A stretch of 64,000 nucleotides of DNA from Salinivirgaceae bacterium (lineage in GTDB: Bacteria > Bacteroidota > Bacteroidia > Bacteroidales > SZUA-534), in assembly GCA_024405635.1 (NCBI GenBank), contig JAKSOL010000013.1:1-64000 (forward strand). Reading direction: 5' to 3'. Made by a program: the position numbers and the translations under genes. Of the stretch, positions 37,601 to 47,272 are shown one piece after another. Every line of letters starts with the position of its first letter. The stretch's first letter is position 1. Below the pieces are notes generated by a model, which was given only the letters and a program-made list of their open reading frames with translations, was not told the origin of the DNA and searched no databases.

Positions 37601-39659
37601 GATTGGGTAAAACTGACGAAATTGTAGTGATAACAGGTTTACGTTGCGCTTTGGTAACAACAATGTCGTAGACGGCAACATCAGTTAACAACGAAGTGTT
37701 AAGTACAGCTACTCCATCAACCGCAACTGCACTATTAATCAGCACATTATCCTTACTAATTGCCACCAACGAACCGCTCTCGGCTTTAACCGACAAAGTT
37801 GGCGAGCCAAGCATAATCACACTGGGCAATTCAACTGTATTTTCAGTAGCCGCAGCATAGTATGGAGCAAGCGATGGGTCGCCAAGACAATTGTATGTTT
37901 CCCAATAATATTGTGTACCTTTTTGCGATGGATAGTTACTATCGTGGGCTTCCGAAACAGCCAAATTTCCAACAAACATTATAGCTCCAGCCGTAACATT
38001 ATCGCTAACAAAAGGAGCATCATAAGCGCCAGTTGTACTATTTTCAACCGTAGGATAATCGCCTAACGAAAGGCTATGCGCACCTACCGCCCAATAAAAA
38101 TCCTCATACCAAAACGACTCGTCGATACTGCCAATGTAGCACACAGCACCTGCATTAGGTTTTCGCAACCAAGCCTCGCCTATGCAAGTTTTTGTTCCTG
38201 ACGAAGGAAAATTGCCTGAATAACAGCAATTTGCAACCACAAAAGGATACTTGCCTATATTCTGAAACTCGTTAACTGTTGCAATTTTCAACTCTGGGTC
38301 TACCCAAGTTGTTGTGCTTCCGTGTCCCGAATAATTATAAAAACCAACCGAAACCGATTCATTAGAATAACAACCTGTGTAGTTTATTGTTAAATAAGAA
38401 TTTACGGTTGTATAACCATGACTTTCATTAAAATAGTTTTCCAACGCATATTTAATTGTTGGCCTAACAATTTTAGAAGTGTAAGAAGCATCGTAACCTG
38501 CAACAAGTGTTGCCGAGTTAAGATACTTATCGTCAACAAATTTATACTGCTCGTAGGTTAAGGTTTTGTCAATAATTGCCTGCAAATCATCGGTAGTTGA
38601 AGCCGAAAAACGGCCAAAGTACATATCGGGCACATAGTCGTCATCGCCATCGATACACGCATAGTACAAGTCGGTTCCCAAACCTGTTTTAATGCCAATT
38701 TGCGAATAAGGCAAATCTTTTGTATCACCAACCAAAAGCAAATAAGTTGGTGCGCTATCAACCGCAGCCAATTGATTGTAACGTTCTTTTATCCAAGATT
38801 TTATATTGTCTGATGTTGTTCCTGTGGTTGCGGTTGAAACCAACTCTACCGAATACCCTTTCCTGCTCTTCCATTGAGCAAACTGGCGCATTTGATTTAC
38901 AAAAGCATCGGGACAAATAATTAGATATTTTATTGGATAATCAGTACAATCGGATTTTGCTGACGACTTCGAAGTTAAGACTTCAGCATTTAGCAGTTGC
39001 TTGTAAACACTCTGAAAATTAACCAATTGCGACTTACTATCGATTGCACCTTCAAAATTCACCTTAATATCAATACCACTATAAACTTTTAGTTCGTTGG
39101 TTGATGGATTATAGTCAATTGGCGATACTGTTATTTGAGCCAAATCGGCACCTCTAAATGTACCAATGCGCTCAATTTCAACAAGTTTTCGATTGGCAAA
39201 GCGTTTATTTTTGTAATGTTTTTTATCGTAATGGAATTTTATATTACGCGCCTTTTCGTTTTTTGAATACGAAGGTTGAAATGGCACTAATTTATGCTCA
39301 TAACCAAGGCTATCAAGCTGATAAATAGTAGTATCGGCAAATGTTGCGCGCACTGTACATTCGGCTCCACGAGGAATCAAAATCAATCGTTTGTATGCTG
39401 GTATTTGCGGTTTTCCAAGCTCTCCAACACGGTATGCTCCATCAAACTGCATTTCAAAAAAAGTGGCTCCATCAAATGTAACTTGGTCCATATTGACCGA
39501 CTCTACATTAACTTTTAGAGCAAAGCCCTTGCTGCTTACATTGCTTATTTTGAACTGATTAGCCGATTTGCCATTGCTGAAATGCAATGTACTTTGCGCC
39601 TGAGCATGAGCAAAAAACGCAAACAACAAAAAAAGTAATGTTTTAAGCCGTTTCATCAA
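34695..39659 (-). CDS. C25 (gingipain, Kgp-like) cysteine peptidase with Ig-like repeats and T9SS CTD
   Basis: Signal peptide, propeptide (GKPQIP), LLVGD, TDLYYA, GRFS, YSGHGS (His), ANCCYS (Cys), LGDP; CTD WPNPSNG...LPSGIYIL. Confidence 0.88.
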   Translation of the reverse strand: MMKRLKTLLFLLFAFFAHAQAQSTLHFSNGKSANQFKISNVSSKGFALKVNVESVNMDQVTFDGATFFEMQFDGAYRVGELGKPQIPAYKRLILIPRGAECTVRATFADTTIYQLDSLGYEHKLVPFQPSYSKNEKARNIKFHYDKKHYKNKRFANRKLVEIERIGTFRGADLAQITVSPIDYNPSTNELKVYSGIDIKVNFEGAIDSKSQLVNFQSVYKQLLNAEVLTSKSSAKSDCTDYPIKYLIICPDAFVNQMRQFAQWKSRKGYSVELVSTATTGTTSDNIKSWIKERYNQLAAVDSAPTYLLLVGDTKDLPYSQIGIKTGLGTDLYYACIDGDDDYVPDMYFGRFSASTTDDLQAIIDKTLTYEQYKFVDDKYLNSATLVAGYDASYTSKIVRPTIKYALENYFNESHGYTTVNSYLTINYTGCYSNESVSVGFYNYSGHGSTTTWVDPELKIATVNEFQNIGKYPFVVANCCYSGNFPSSGTKTCIGEAWLRKPNAGAVCYIGSIDESFWYEDFYWAVGAHSLSLGDYPTVENSTTGAYDAPFVSDNVTAGAIMFVGNLAVSEAHDSNYPSQKGTQYYWETYNCLGDPSLAPYYAAATENTVELPSVIMLGSPTLSVKAESGSLVAISKDNVLINSAVAVDGVAVLNTSLLTDVAVYDIVVTKAQRKPVITTISSVLPNQPFLVINETNISDQNSNGVVESGEQFAIELKIANLGKVASSNATVSITTTSNFVTLKENNTNIPIQDLENQLSTTTQKCYFTLNNSVPDLTIIPFKITINSGEYTFEYETNVTVKVPKIKLLSTIKVDDSKANGNHLWDYGETVNLVVKVINEGHFTAETPIVDLALEGESDFVNLLKQQIVLPNIEPNSEVDVAFAISSQRITAPVAMVAISASVVDKRNLTSHSASYVVSVGEEEYVTVGAGTKVASDYPFNNVYENNKTQILYTAADLGGKPLQIRNLAFDIYKATPENLQVPLANFVIRLKHTSLNSLGEFVDMSDCEPVVDVDGYMLSSQTGWEIIDFDRGFLYNGTDNLLAEIVWGDNDLYVNNTFRTVVKCHSTSFYSVSYGYSDSLAPPDYYDRKKIRPNTRFNVVRPNWLSVTVKDPNNKTIPGALVSVADIVCETNSFGQVMVPIYGVGALHRYKVQAQNYKIEEGEVLAIDDTTQLVVNMQLGDMWNVTINVINGEQFVNNATVTFGNQTLQTVNGTVTFTGRYYGETQLEIRSTGCVPYADKVITTADTAFIVNLDKSSSIKLRVTDGVNAVVGASVLFDNLQQTITDANGEATVYGAMFEYYDLKIEHHDFQTYYQKVSVSQSNGQIDVVLQSPFCVTFNITDGNNAIQNAEVQVDGQSYFSDSQGVVTICNVRQDKLKYSVLASGCAMVTDSVVVDYDSNIKIKLLKKQCNVVFYVHTQDSALLSSAIVTVYGQNQMTNKLGATTFTGLISTDALPFEVHYGGMSLYDTVALISENQTVNVYLHQQDTSIEEQKVRLKFYVTSEQVPMVGASLLFDGNEVLTNETGVAIVTLPKGGTCTFVISNSGFKNDTVLVELDESKNIQIAMIKLLGVDNQQFSSFKLWPNPSNGIFNIELESSNSAHLSVYNTCGLKEAEYELLERESKVELNLPSGIYILRISTLKWTKTEQIIIIKQ

Positions 39660-40357
39660 GCCTCCATATTGATTGACGATACGTATTCAAGTTCGCTCAT
39701 TTTTTTGCGAAGTTCTTGCTGCGACACTCGCGAATGAACTGAAACTTTGATTGTTACAACGCTTTGATTTTTTTCAAAATCGCATTGATAAGTATGACTT
39801 GAAGAGCGAACGCCTGCCGATTCGAGTACATTTTTCAGTTCATCAACATTAGGCAACGCAGTTGAACAATGCACCACAAGAATACGATTAGCTCCACCTA
39901 TTGACGAAAAACGCTCAAGATATTCGCCGCACACCAACACAAAAAGTGTAAGCAATGTAGCAATAACGGCTCCTCCAAAGAAACCAGCACCTACCGCTAA
40001 TCCAATAACCGACACAATCCAAATACAAGCCGCCGTGGTAAGACCTTGCACGCTACCTCGGCCGCGCAAAATTGCTCCTGCACCTAAAAATCCAACGCCA
40101 GTTAAAACCTGCGCAGCTATTCGACCAGGATCGCCATTCAAAAAATCGGGATAAAGTTGTGGAATCCAAATAGATATGAGCATTGCACAAGTTGAACCAA
40201 TACAAATCAAAGTAAACGTGCGCAATCCCGCATCACGGTGACGCAATTGACGTTCAAACCCTATAGCTCCACCAAGCAACAAACTGATTATCAACCTAAT
40301 TAACGCTGATAGTGTATCGATTTGAGTTGACCAAATAATTGAACTGATGGCATCCAT
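39656..40357 (-). CDS. MgtC/SapB family membrane protein
   Basis: IGFERQ, AGLRTF, DPGRIAAQVLTGVGFLGAG, GLTTAA; TAATTTTG on - strand at 40379-40386. Confidence 0.9.
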   Translation of the reverse strand: MDAISSIIWSTQIDTLSALIRLIISLLLGGAIGFERQLRHRDAGLRTFTLICIGSTCAMLISIWIPQLYPDFLNGDPGRIAAQVLTGVGFLGAGAILRGRGSVQGLTTAACIWIVSVIGLAVGAGFFGGAVIATLLTLFVLVCGEYLERFSSIGGANRILVVHCSTALPNVDELKNVLESAGVRSSSHTYQCDFEKNQSVVTIKVSVHSRVSQQELRKKMSELEYVSSINMEA

Positions 40358-40691
40358 ACCTACTTATATTATAAGTAGCAAAATTATGAAAAAAAGGCGA
40401 CTAACCCGATTTAACAAGTTGGCTTATTACCAAAAAACAACACAACGAAAAATAACAACTTTCAGCACAATAAAAGTAAAATAGACTTTTATTATTTTTT
40501 TAACACCATTTAGCATCATTCATTATTTAAAAACAGAGACAAATTAGTCAAAAAAGCAATGTATAACGTTGATTTACAATGAAATAAAACAGCAGCCTCA
40601 GACCACAAAAAAAGCTAACAGGCAAAAAGTGATTTTTATACTTTCGCATCGCAATTTTTGAGACAATTTTTAATACTAATCATTCAAAATT

Positions 40692-42251
40692 ATGGATTTG
40701 AAAAAGATTATTGGTTTAATTGCCACCTTGGTAGTTACCATCTTCTTGTGGGCAGTTCCAACCGATTTTTATGGTATGGAAGGGCTAACAGTTCTACAAC
40801 AGCGTGTAATTGCGCTATTTGTGTTTGCTGCACTTATGTGGATTTTGGAAATTATTCCAAGTTGGACCACATCTGTGCTAATTATTGTTCTATCGCTTTT
40901 GTTCTTGTCGGACAAAGGACTAGGATTTTTAATGGTAGATGCTGACGGTGCCAAACTTGAGGGCATTATGAAGTATCAAAAACTAATGTCGGCATTTGCC
41001 GATCCTGTAGTAATGCTATTCCTTGGCGGTTTTGCATTGGCTATTATGGCTCAAAAGTATGGCCTTGACGTAACATTGGCTCGCATGCTTTTGAAACCAT
41101 TTGGAACAAACCCAAAAATGGTATTGCTTGGTTTCCTAGTGGTAATTGCCATCTTCTCAATGTTTATGAGCAACACCGCTACAGCAGCAATGATGCTAGC
41201 CTTCCTTGCTCCTATTCTTGCAACATTCCCTGAGGGCGACAAAGGAAAAATTGGACTTGCACTTTCAATTCCAGTTGCAGCAAACATTGGTGGTATTGGT
41301 ACCACAATTGGAACACCTCCAAACGGCACCGCTGTAAGTAACCTTGAAACTTACTTCGGCATGAACATTTCATTTGGCGAATGGGCTATCCACATGATGC
41401 CATTTGTATTCATTATGATTGTAATTGCTTGGGTAGTTCTTCAAGTAATGTTCCCATTCTCAACAAAAAAACTTGAGGTTAACATTCCAGAAAACGATAA
41501 ACCACACACATGGCGCACCACTTTGGTATGGATTACTTTTGGTATTACCATTTTGCTATGGGCTACCGAAAGCATCACCAAAATCAGCTCAAACATTGTG
41601 GCTCTAATACCATTGGCAGTGTTTGTATGCACAGGCACATTCACCAAAGACGACATTAAACAAATTGACTGGAGTGTTCTTTGGTTGGTAGCTGGAGGTT
41701 TTGCACTTGGTTACGCAATGCTAGACATTTCAAAAGGCGGAACCGGATTGGGTTCAACTCTTGTAAACTCAATTCCTTTTGGCGACATGAGCATTATTCT
41801 AGTATTTGTGGTTGCAGGTTTGGTTTGCTATCTATTATCAAACTTTATCAGCAATTCAGCTACTGCAGCATTGCTCATTCCAATCCTTTGCGCTGTATCA
41901 ACTGGTCTTTCGGCAAACCCTGCATTTGCAAGCTTTGGCGGAACAAAAGCAATGATTTGCTTTGTTGCAACATGCGCTTCATTGGCAATGTTGATGCCAA
42001 TCTCTACCCCACCCAACGCAATTGCTTTCTCAACAGGTTTGATTAAAACAAAAGACATGCTTAAAGTTGGCGCTGTAGTTGGTGTAATTGGTCTTGTATT
42101 TGCATTCTTGTGGCTTACAAAGATTTTCCCTTTTGCTAACGATGCAGTTGCAGCCCCAGCTACTACAAAAACCGAAGTTGTAGCAGCTCCTGCAGTTGTA
42201 GCCGACAGCATTGTTGTTGATTCAACCGCAATTGATAGTATTGCTAAATAG
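40692..42251 (+). CDS. DASS/SLC13 anion:sodium symporter
   Basis: SNTATAAM, GTPPN, SNSATAA, STPPNAI hairpin motifs. Confidence 0.9.
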   Translation: MDLKKIIGLIATLVVTIFLWAVPTDFYGMEGLTVLQQRVIALFVFAALMWILEIIPSWTTSVLIIVLSLLFLSDKGLGFLMVDADGAKLEGIMKYQKLMSAFADPVVMLFLGGFALAIMAQKYGLDVTLARMLLKPFGTNPKMVLLGFLVVIAIFSMFMSNTATAAMMLAFLAPILATFPEGDKGKIGLALSIPVAANIGGIGTTIGTPPNGTAVSNLETYFGMNISFGEWAIHMMPFVFIMIVIAWVVLQVMFPFSTKKLEVNIPENDKPHTWRTTLVWITFGITILLWATESITKISSNIVALIPLAVFVCTGTFTKDDIKQIDWSVLWLVAGGFALGYAMLDISKGGTGLGSTLVNSIPFGDMSIILVFVVAGLVCYLLSNFISNSATAALLIPILCAVSTGLSANPAFASFGGTKAMICFVATCASLAMLMPISTPPNAIAFSTGLIKTKDMLKVGAVVGVIGLVFAFLWLTKIFPFANDAVAAPATTKTEVVAAPAVVADSIVVDSTAIDSIAK

Positions 42252-42268
42252 CAAACAATCAACCAAAT

Positions 42269-42304
42269 AAAAAAAGCGCCTTTAGATTCTAAAGGCGCTT
42301 TTTT
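42269..42304 (+). terminator. Intrinsic terminator
   Basis: AAAAAAGCGCCTTTAG...CTAAAGGCGCTTTTTT. Confidence 0.85.
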
Positions 42305-42405
42305 ATTGCTCTAATTATAAACGTACATAAATAATCTATTATATTGCGATGCCTTATTTTTCCCACTCAAGGAGAATAAGAACCATTATCCCATTAAGGA
42401 AAAAC

Positions 42406-44283
42406 ATGAACTTCAAACAACTGATTTTTAGCATTTTGCTATCAATTACCATATTCAACGCATCGGCACAAGATGACGTTGAAATGCTAATTGGTCAGTT
42501 AACAGAAATTGCCCAAACTCAACTAAACGAAGGCAACGACAAACGCGCAGCCTACACACTTAACAAACTTGGCTTATTATATTGGCAAGAAGGAATGATT
42601 CCTCAAGCCGTAAACTCGTTGCGTCAAGCCGCAGAGTTGTTTGAACACAGCAAGATGCAAGCCGAAGCCCGCAACATTTACACCAATCTGGGCACAGCTT
42701 ATAGTGATATTAACGACATAAACATGGCCATTTGGAGCTATGAGCAAAGTTTGAGAATGCGACGAGCCATTGGCGACAAAAACGGCATTGCATCAGGCTT
42801 AATTGACCTTGCCCATGCACAAATGGCAAACGAATATTACCAAGACGCTACCGATAATTTGGAAGAGTCGCTAAAACTAACAACCGAGACAAAACACATT
42901 GACTTGTCAATTGAAAGTTGCAAGCGACTAGTTAAAACCTACAGCGCAATGGGCAATAACAAAAAATCGGCCGAATATGCAGCAAAAGCCGAATCGTTTA
43001 AAGCCTACGCAAACGAGCAATCGGTTCGCGAAACACTTGCACAACAAGAACTTGAATCAAAAATACAGCTTGCCAAATCGGACGAAGAATTGCGCGAAGA
43101 ACGACTTCGCAGCGAATTGGAACGTTTGAGAGGCGAAAACGAGCGCATTGCATTCGACAACGCCATTCGCCGCAAACAAGATAGTTTGTTCCTTGCCGAG
43201 CAACTAGCTCAAAACCGGCAAAACCAAATCGACATTCTGAACAAGGAGAACGAGCAAAAGCAACGAGAACTTGCACTTAAGGCCGAAACCGAAAAAATGA
43301 TGAAATGGCTTTTGCTTGCTGGTGTAATCATCATTATTCTAACGCTTATATTCCTAACATCGGTGGCCATAAGCAGCCGCAAGCGCAAACGCATGAACCA
43401 AATGCTTAACGAGAGTAACAAGAACATTAAGCGAATTAATGCTGAAGTAGTTGAAAAAAACAAGGAAATACAACAACAGAAGGCCGACATTGAAGCCAGT
43501 ATATCTGCAGCACTATCAATTCAGTCGGCAATGTTGGGCGAAGCAAGCCAAATAACCAATCACATTGAAGAGTCGTTCATATTCTTCCGCCCTCGCGATG
43601 TTGTAAGCGGCGACTTTTATTGGATGCGAGAAGGTAAAGACCTAAAATTCAACAAAGTAAACAACACATCACCCGAACTAAACAATAAATTTTTTGTTTC
43701 GGCAATTGACTGTACTGGACATGGTGTCCCTGGTGCGTTTATGACTATGATGGGCTTTAATGCGTTGAATAACATTACAGACGACGGCATTGTTGAGCCA
43801 AACGAAATATTAAGCGAGCTGCACCGCAACATTTACCACAACATGAAACAAGAGTCGAGCGATAGCCACGAAGGTATGGACATGACTATGTGTGTAATTG
43901 ACCGTGCTACCAAAACAATGGACTTTGTTGGGGCAAACAACCCTTTGCTTTACATACAAAATGGCGAATTACTACAAATAAAAGGAGACCGATATGGTAT
44001 TGGTGGCGGACACGAAGAAAACCTTGCGTTTACCAAGCATACAATTGATGTTAGCCAACCAACTTGGTGCTACATATTCTCCGATGGTTACACCGACCAG
44101 TTTAACAGCGACGGTACTCGCAAATTTATGATTGGCACATTCAAGAAACTTCTTCTTGAGATTTATGACAAATCGCCCGAAGAACAAATGCAAATTCTTG
44201 AGCAACGCCACCTCGATTTCCGTGGCACTCATCGCCAACTTGACGATATGCTAGTTATTGGCTTTAAAATCAATTTAAAATAG
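42406..44283 (+). CDS. TPR/coiled-coil-TM-SpoIIE (PP2C) phosphatase
   Basis: Signal peptide, TPRs, TM; PRDVVSGDFYW, DCTGHGVPGAFM, FSDGYTDQF, QLDD. Confidence 0.88.
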   Translation: MNFKQLIFSILLSITIFNASAQDDVEMLIGQLTEIAQTQLNEGNDKRAAYTLNKLGLLYWQEGMIPQAVNSLRQAAELFEHSKMQAEARNIYTNLGTAYSDINDINMAIWSYEQSLRMRRAIGDKNGIASGLIDLAHAQMANEYYQDATDNLEESLKLTTETKHIDLSIESCKRLVKTYSAMGNNKKSAEYAAKAESFKAYANEQSVRETLAQQELESKIQLAKSDEELREERLRSELERLRGENERIAFDNAIRRKQDSLFLAEQLAQNRQNQIDILNKENEQKQRELALKAETEKMMKWLLLAGVIIIILTLIFLTSVAISSRKRKRMNQMLNESNKNIKRINAEVVEKNKEIQQQKADIEASISAALSIQSAMLGEASQITNHIEESFIFFRPRDVVSGDFYWMREGKDLKFNKVNNTSPELNNKFFVSAIDCTGHGVPGAFMTMMGFNALNNITDDGIVEPNEILSELHRNIYHNMKQESSDSHEGMDMTMCVIDRATKTMDFVGANNPLLYIQNGELLQIKGDRYGIGGGHEENLAFTKHTIDVSQPTWCYIFSDGYTDQFNSDGTRKFMIGTFKKLLLEIYDKSPEEQMQILEQRHLDFRGTHRQLDDMLVIGFKINLK

Positions 44284-44336
44284 ACATTAAAAGTGTTTTC
44301 ATTCAGCAAATGAAATTGTACAAAATAACGCGCAAC

Positions 44337-44377
44337 AAAAAAGCGGGAACCTTTACATAATAAAGATTCCCGCTTTT
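44337..44377. terminator. Bidirectional intrinsic terminator
   Basis: AAAAGCGGGAA...TTCCCGCTTTT. Confidence 0.8.
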
Positions 44378-44394
44378 GTTTTTATCGGTTGCTA

Positions 44395-45039
44395 TTATTT
44401 CTCCTTTTGATTAGGCTTTTTAACTGGTTTTGCATAAACCGACTCATTAATGTTTGGATTGAAAACCTTCGATTTGGTGTCGTAAGTTGTAACATTTCCG
44501 TTATTCTCTTCCATTACCAACGAGCACAAAGTCAAATCCTTTTTGCTGTAACTAAGCACCATTTTAGTCATTTTGGACTTAGAACCTTTTTCTTTTTGCA
44601 TAGTAAAGATGTAATAATCAGCCGATTGCGAAAATTCAGCCTTGGTAGCGTTTTCTGCAGCAACAGCATTCACATCACCTGCAATGCTCATAAGCAAAGT
44701 GTTTTTCAATGTGCGCATCTGCACATTATTCTTTGTATTGAAATCGTTTCGACGATCGCCAGAAATGATTAACAACGACTCGCCTGTTATAAGCAACAAA
44801 TTACCTTCAGGATTGGTGTACTTCATGCAAAGTTTATCGGCCCTGTTAAAGTACAAATCGCCAGAATTAACCACCTCTTTGTCCATCATAGCCATTTTTT
44901 TTGTTTGAGTAAACTGACACGAAACTGTGTTATACTTCTCGTTGGCTTTCAATATTTTAGCTATAATCTCATCGGCCGATTGTGCCATACTTGCAAACGT
45001 TGCTGACACTAGCAACATTAATAATGTTATTTTTCTCAT
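44395..45039 (-). CDS. LolA-like periplasmic carrier protein
   Basis: Signal peptide; FTQTKKM, SGDLYF, KYTNP; start moved to ATG 45039. Confidence 0.75.
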   Translation of the reverse strand: MRKITLLMLLVSATFASMAQSADEIIAKILKANEKYNTVSCQFTQTKKMAMMDKEVVNSGDLYFNRADKLCMKYTNPEGNLLLITGESLLIISGDRRNDFNTKNNVQMRTLKNTLLMSIAGDVNAVAAENATKAEFSQSADYYIFTMQKEKGSKSKMTKMVLSYSKKDLTLCSLVMEENNGNVTTYDTKSKVFNPNINESVYAKPVKKPNQKEK

Positions 45040-45049
45040 TTTCAATAGT

Positions 45050-45778
45050 TTAAGAATACAAACCACCATTAATTGAAATCACCTCGCCTGTAATATATGC
45101 AGCATTTGGCGAAGCTAAAAATCCTATAAGATCAGCAACCTCCTCAGGTTGACCAAATCGGTTTGCTGGAATTTGAGCCTTAAGAGCAGCCTCGTCAAGA
45201 CCTTCAACCATATCGGTTTTAATAAAACCAGGAGCAACGGCATTAACAGTAACGCCCTTACGTCCAACCTCTTGCGCCAAAGCTTTTGTGGCTGCTATAA
45301 CTCCACCCTTGGCAGCCGAATAATTAGTTTGTCCAGGCAGTCCTTTTAGTCCCGAAAGTGAAGCAACATTGATAATTCGACCATACTTTTTGCGCAACAT
45401 ATTTTTAATAAGTGGACGTGTTACGTTATAGAACGAGTTGAGCGCAATGCCAAGCACTTTGTACCAATCGTTTGGCTCCATAAATACAAGTAAATTGTCT
45501 TTGCGGATACCTGCATTGTTCACCAAAACCTCAATGTAACTATCGGCATGAGACTCTTGCCACTCGTTTAATTTTTGTTCGGTTTGTTCAAGATTCGACA
45601 CATCAAACTTTAGCAACTCGCCATCAGAGCCAGCCTCGCGCACAAGGTCAAGTGTTTTTTCGGCTTCAGCATCGTTCGACACATAATTAATTACCACATT
45701 GTAGCCCATTGAAGCTAGTTTGACGCATACCGCACGGCCTATTCCACGGCTGCCCCCAGTTACTAATGCATATTTCAT
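45050..45778 (-). CDS. fabG: 3-oxoacyl-ACP reductase (aryl-polyene/flexirubin-cluster type)
   Basis: TGGSRGIG, NNAGIRKD, GQTNYSAAK, VAPGFIKTDM. Confidence 0.85.
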   Translation of the reverse strand: MKYALVTGGSRGIGRAVCVKLASMGYNVVINYVSNDAEAEKTLDLVREAGSDGELLKFDVSNLEQTEQKLNEWQESHADSYIEVLVNNAGIRKDNLLVFMEPNDWYKVLGIALNSFYNVTRPLIKNMLRKKYGRIINVASLSGLKGLPGQTNYSAAKGGVIAATKALAQEVGRKGVTVNAVAPGFIKTDMVEGLDEAALKAQIPANRFGQPEEVADLIGFLASPNAAYITGEVISINGGLYS

Positions 45779-45799
45779 ATATTACTGATTAATAGTTAA

Positions 45800-47272
45800 T
45801 TATTTAAATTTTAAATCGCTTATTGCAGCCTCCATTCCAACAACTTCGGCACAAGTAAAAAACGATGACATTGTTACGCCCAATACACCATGCAAATTTA
45901 GGTTTTGTCCAGTAAGTAGCAAATTTGGCACTGGTGTGCGCGGAGTAAGCAATGTGTATAGCAAATTACCATAGTTTTTGCGTATTCCATAAGCCGAACC
46001 TTGAGCTGTTGCTGTGTAGTCGCGATAAGTTAATGGTGTACTAGTATAAACTTTGTCAACTGCTTCTGGCAAATTTGGTAAAACACTAGACGCCAAACTA
46101 ATACACTCGTCAGCTTTGCGTTGCTTAAACAACAAATAATCGTTACCGCGCCTACCCACATGCGTTTCGGACCATTTTTCAACTTCGCTCCATTGCATTG
46201 GTGTCAAAATATCGATGTTTGTTGCATAATATCCATTTTGCGGCACTCGGTAACTTATAAGAGCCGATTGCGTTTTACCAACAGTTGCAGCATTCCACAA
46301 ATCGCTAGTTGAATAAACAAACTGATTGCGATTCAAGTACTTAACAGCATTTGGTTTTAGACTGATATTGGCAGTAAACATGCCAAAAGTGTTTTCTAAG
46401 TTACTTATGCGTTTACGATATATATTACGAACCAATTTACTATCCTTCAACAAGTTGAGCGTTGATGCTGGATGAATATCTGAAATAACCGTATCGGCCT
46501 CAATCAATTCTGCGCCATTAACCTCAACCGCCGAAATACGACCTTCGGTTTCAATAAGTTTTGTAACCGCAGCATTTGATTTAATAGTTCCACCCAACCG
46601 CTCGATATTAGCAGCCAGTTTATCAGCAATCTGCGAGCCAGAGCCTTGCAAACGCCATGCGCTTTGAATAAAAGAGCTATTTATTTGTGCAAAAATATAA
46701 AGCGGTAAAGTGCTGGCATTCAGCTCCATTTTAAGCGATGTACCACTTAAAACATTCCGAAGTAGTGGATCGCTGATTGTTTCGTTAAGGTACTCGTATG
46801 CCGAACGAGCAAACAACGATTGACTAAAAATAGCATCGCCTTTGGGATTAAAACTATCGGCAATGCCGTTGCCCACCTTTTGCAAAAATTCGGTATATGT
46901 GCGCAAATTTTGGCGCTGCGATGGAAATTGTTCCGACAATCGCTCAGCAAATTGCTCATAACCATTGGCAAAAAAATACGATTTTCCCCCAATAACAACT
47001 TCGTCAAAGGCATTGTTATCAAGCTGATGCCAAGGTAAATCCATCAAACCAAAGTAGTTGAACAATATATTAAGAGGTTGACCATCTGCTAAACCTCCAA
47101 CATAATGAAAGCCAGTATCGAATTCATTTTCAGCACGTTTAAAAGACTGCAAGCAACCACCTAACACATGCTCCTTTTCAAGAATACAAATGTTTAGTCC
47201 TTTTTTTGCCAAAATGTATCCGCATTGCAAGCCACCCAAGCCTGCTCCAATTATGATAACATCGTATTTCAT
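45800..47272 (-). CDS. Phytoene desaturase/retinol saturase-like FAD oxidoreductase
   Basis: GAGLGGL, GGCLQSFKR, FDTGFHYVG, STPLTYRDY, LTGQNLNLHGVLG; TACTTTTG on - strand at 47293-47300. Confidence 0.8.
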   Translation of the reverse strand: MKYDVIIIGAGLGGLQCGYILAKKGLNICILEKEHVLGGCLQSFKRAENEFDTGFHYVGGLADGQPLNILFNYFGLMDLPWHQLDNNAFDEVVIGGKSYFFANGYEQFAERLSEQFPSQRQNLRTYTEFLQKVGNGIADSFNPKGDAIFSQSLFARSAYEYLNETISDPLLRNVLSGTSLKMELNASTLPLYIFAQINSSFIQSAWRLQGSGSQIADKLAANIERLGGTIKSNAAVTKLIETEGRISAVEVNGAELIEADTVISDIHPASTLNLLKDSKLVRNIYRKRISNLENTFGMFTANISLKPNAVKYLNRNQFVYSTSDLWNAATVGKTQSALISYRVPQNGYYATNIDILTPMQWSEVEKWSETHVGRRGNDYLLFKQRKADECISLASSVLPNLPEAVDKVYTSTPLTYRDYTATAQGSAYGIRKNYGNLLYTLLTPRTPVPNLLLTGQNLNLHGVLGVTMSSFFTCAEVVGMEAAISDLKFK

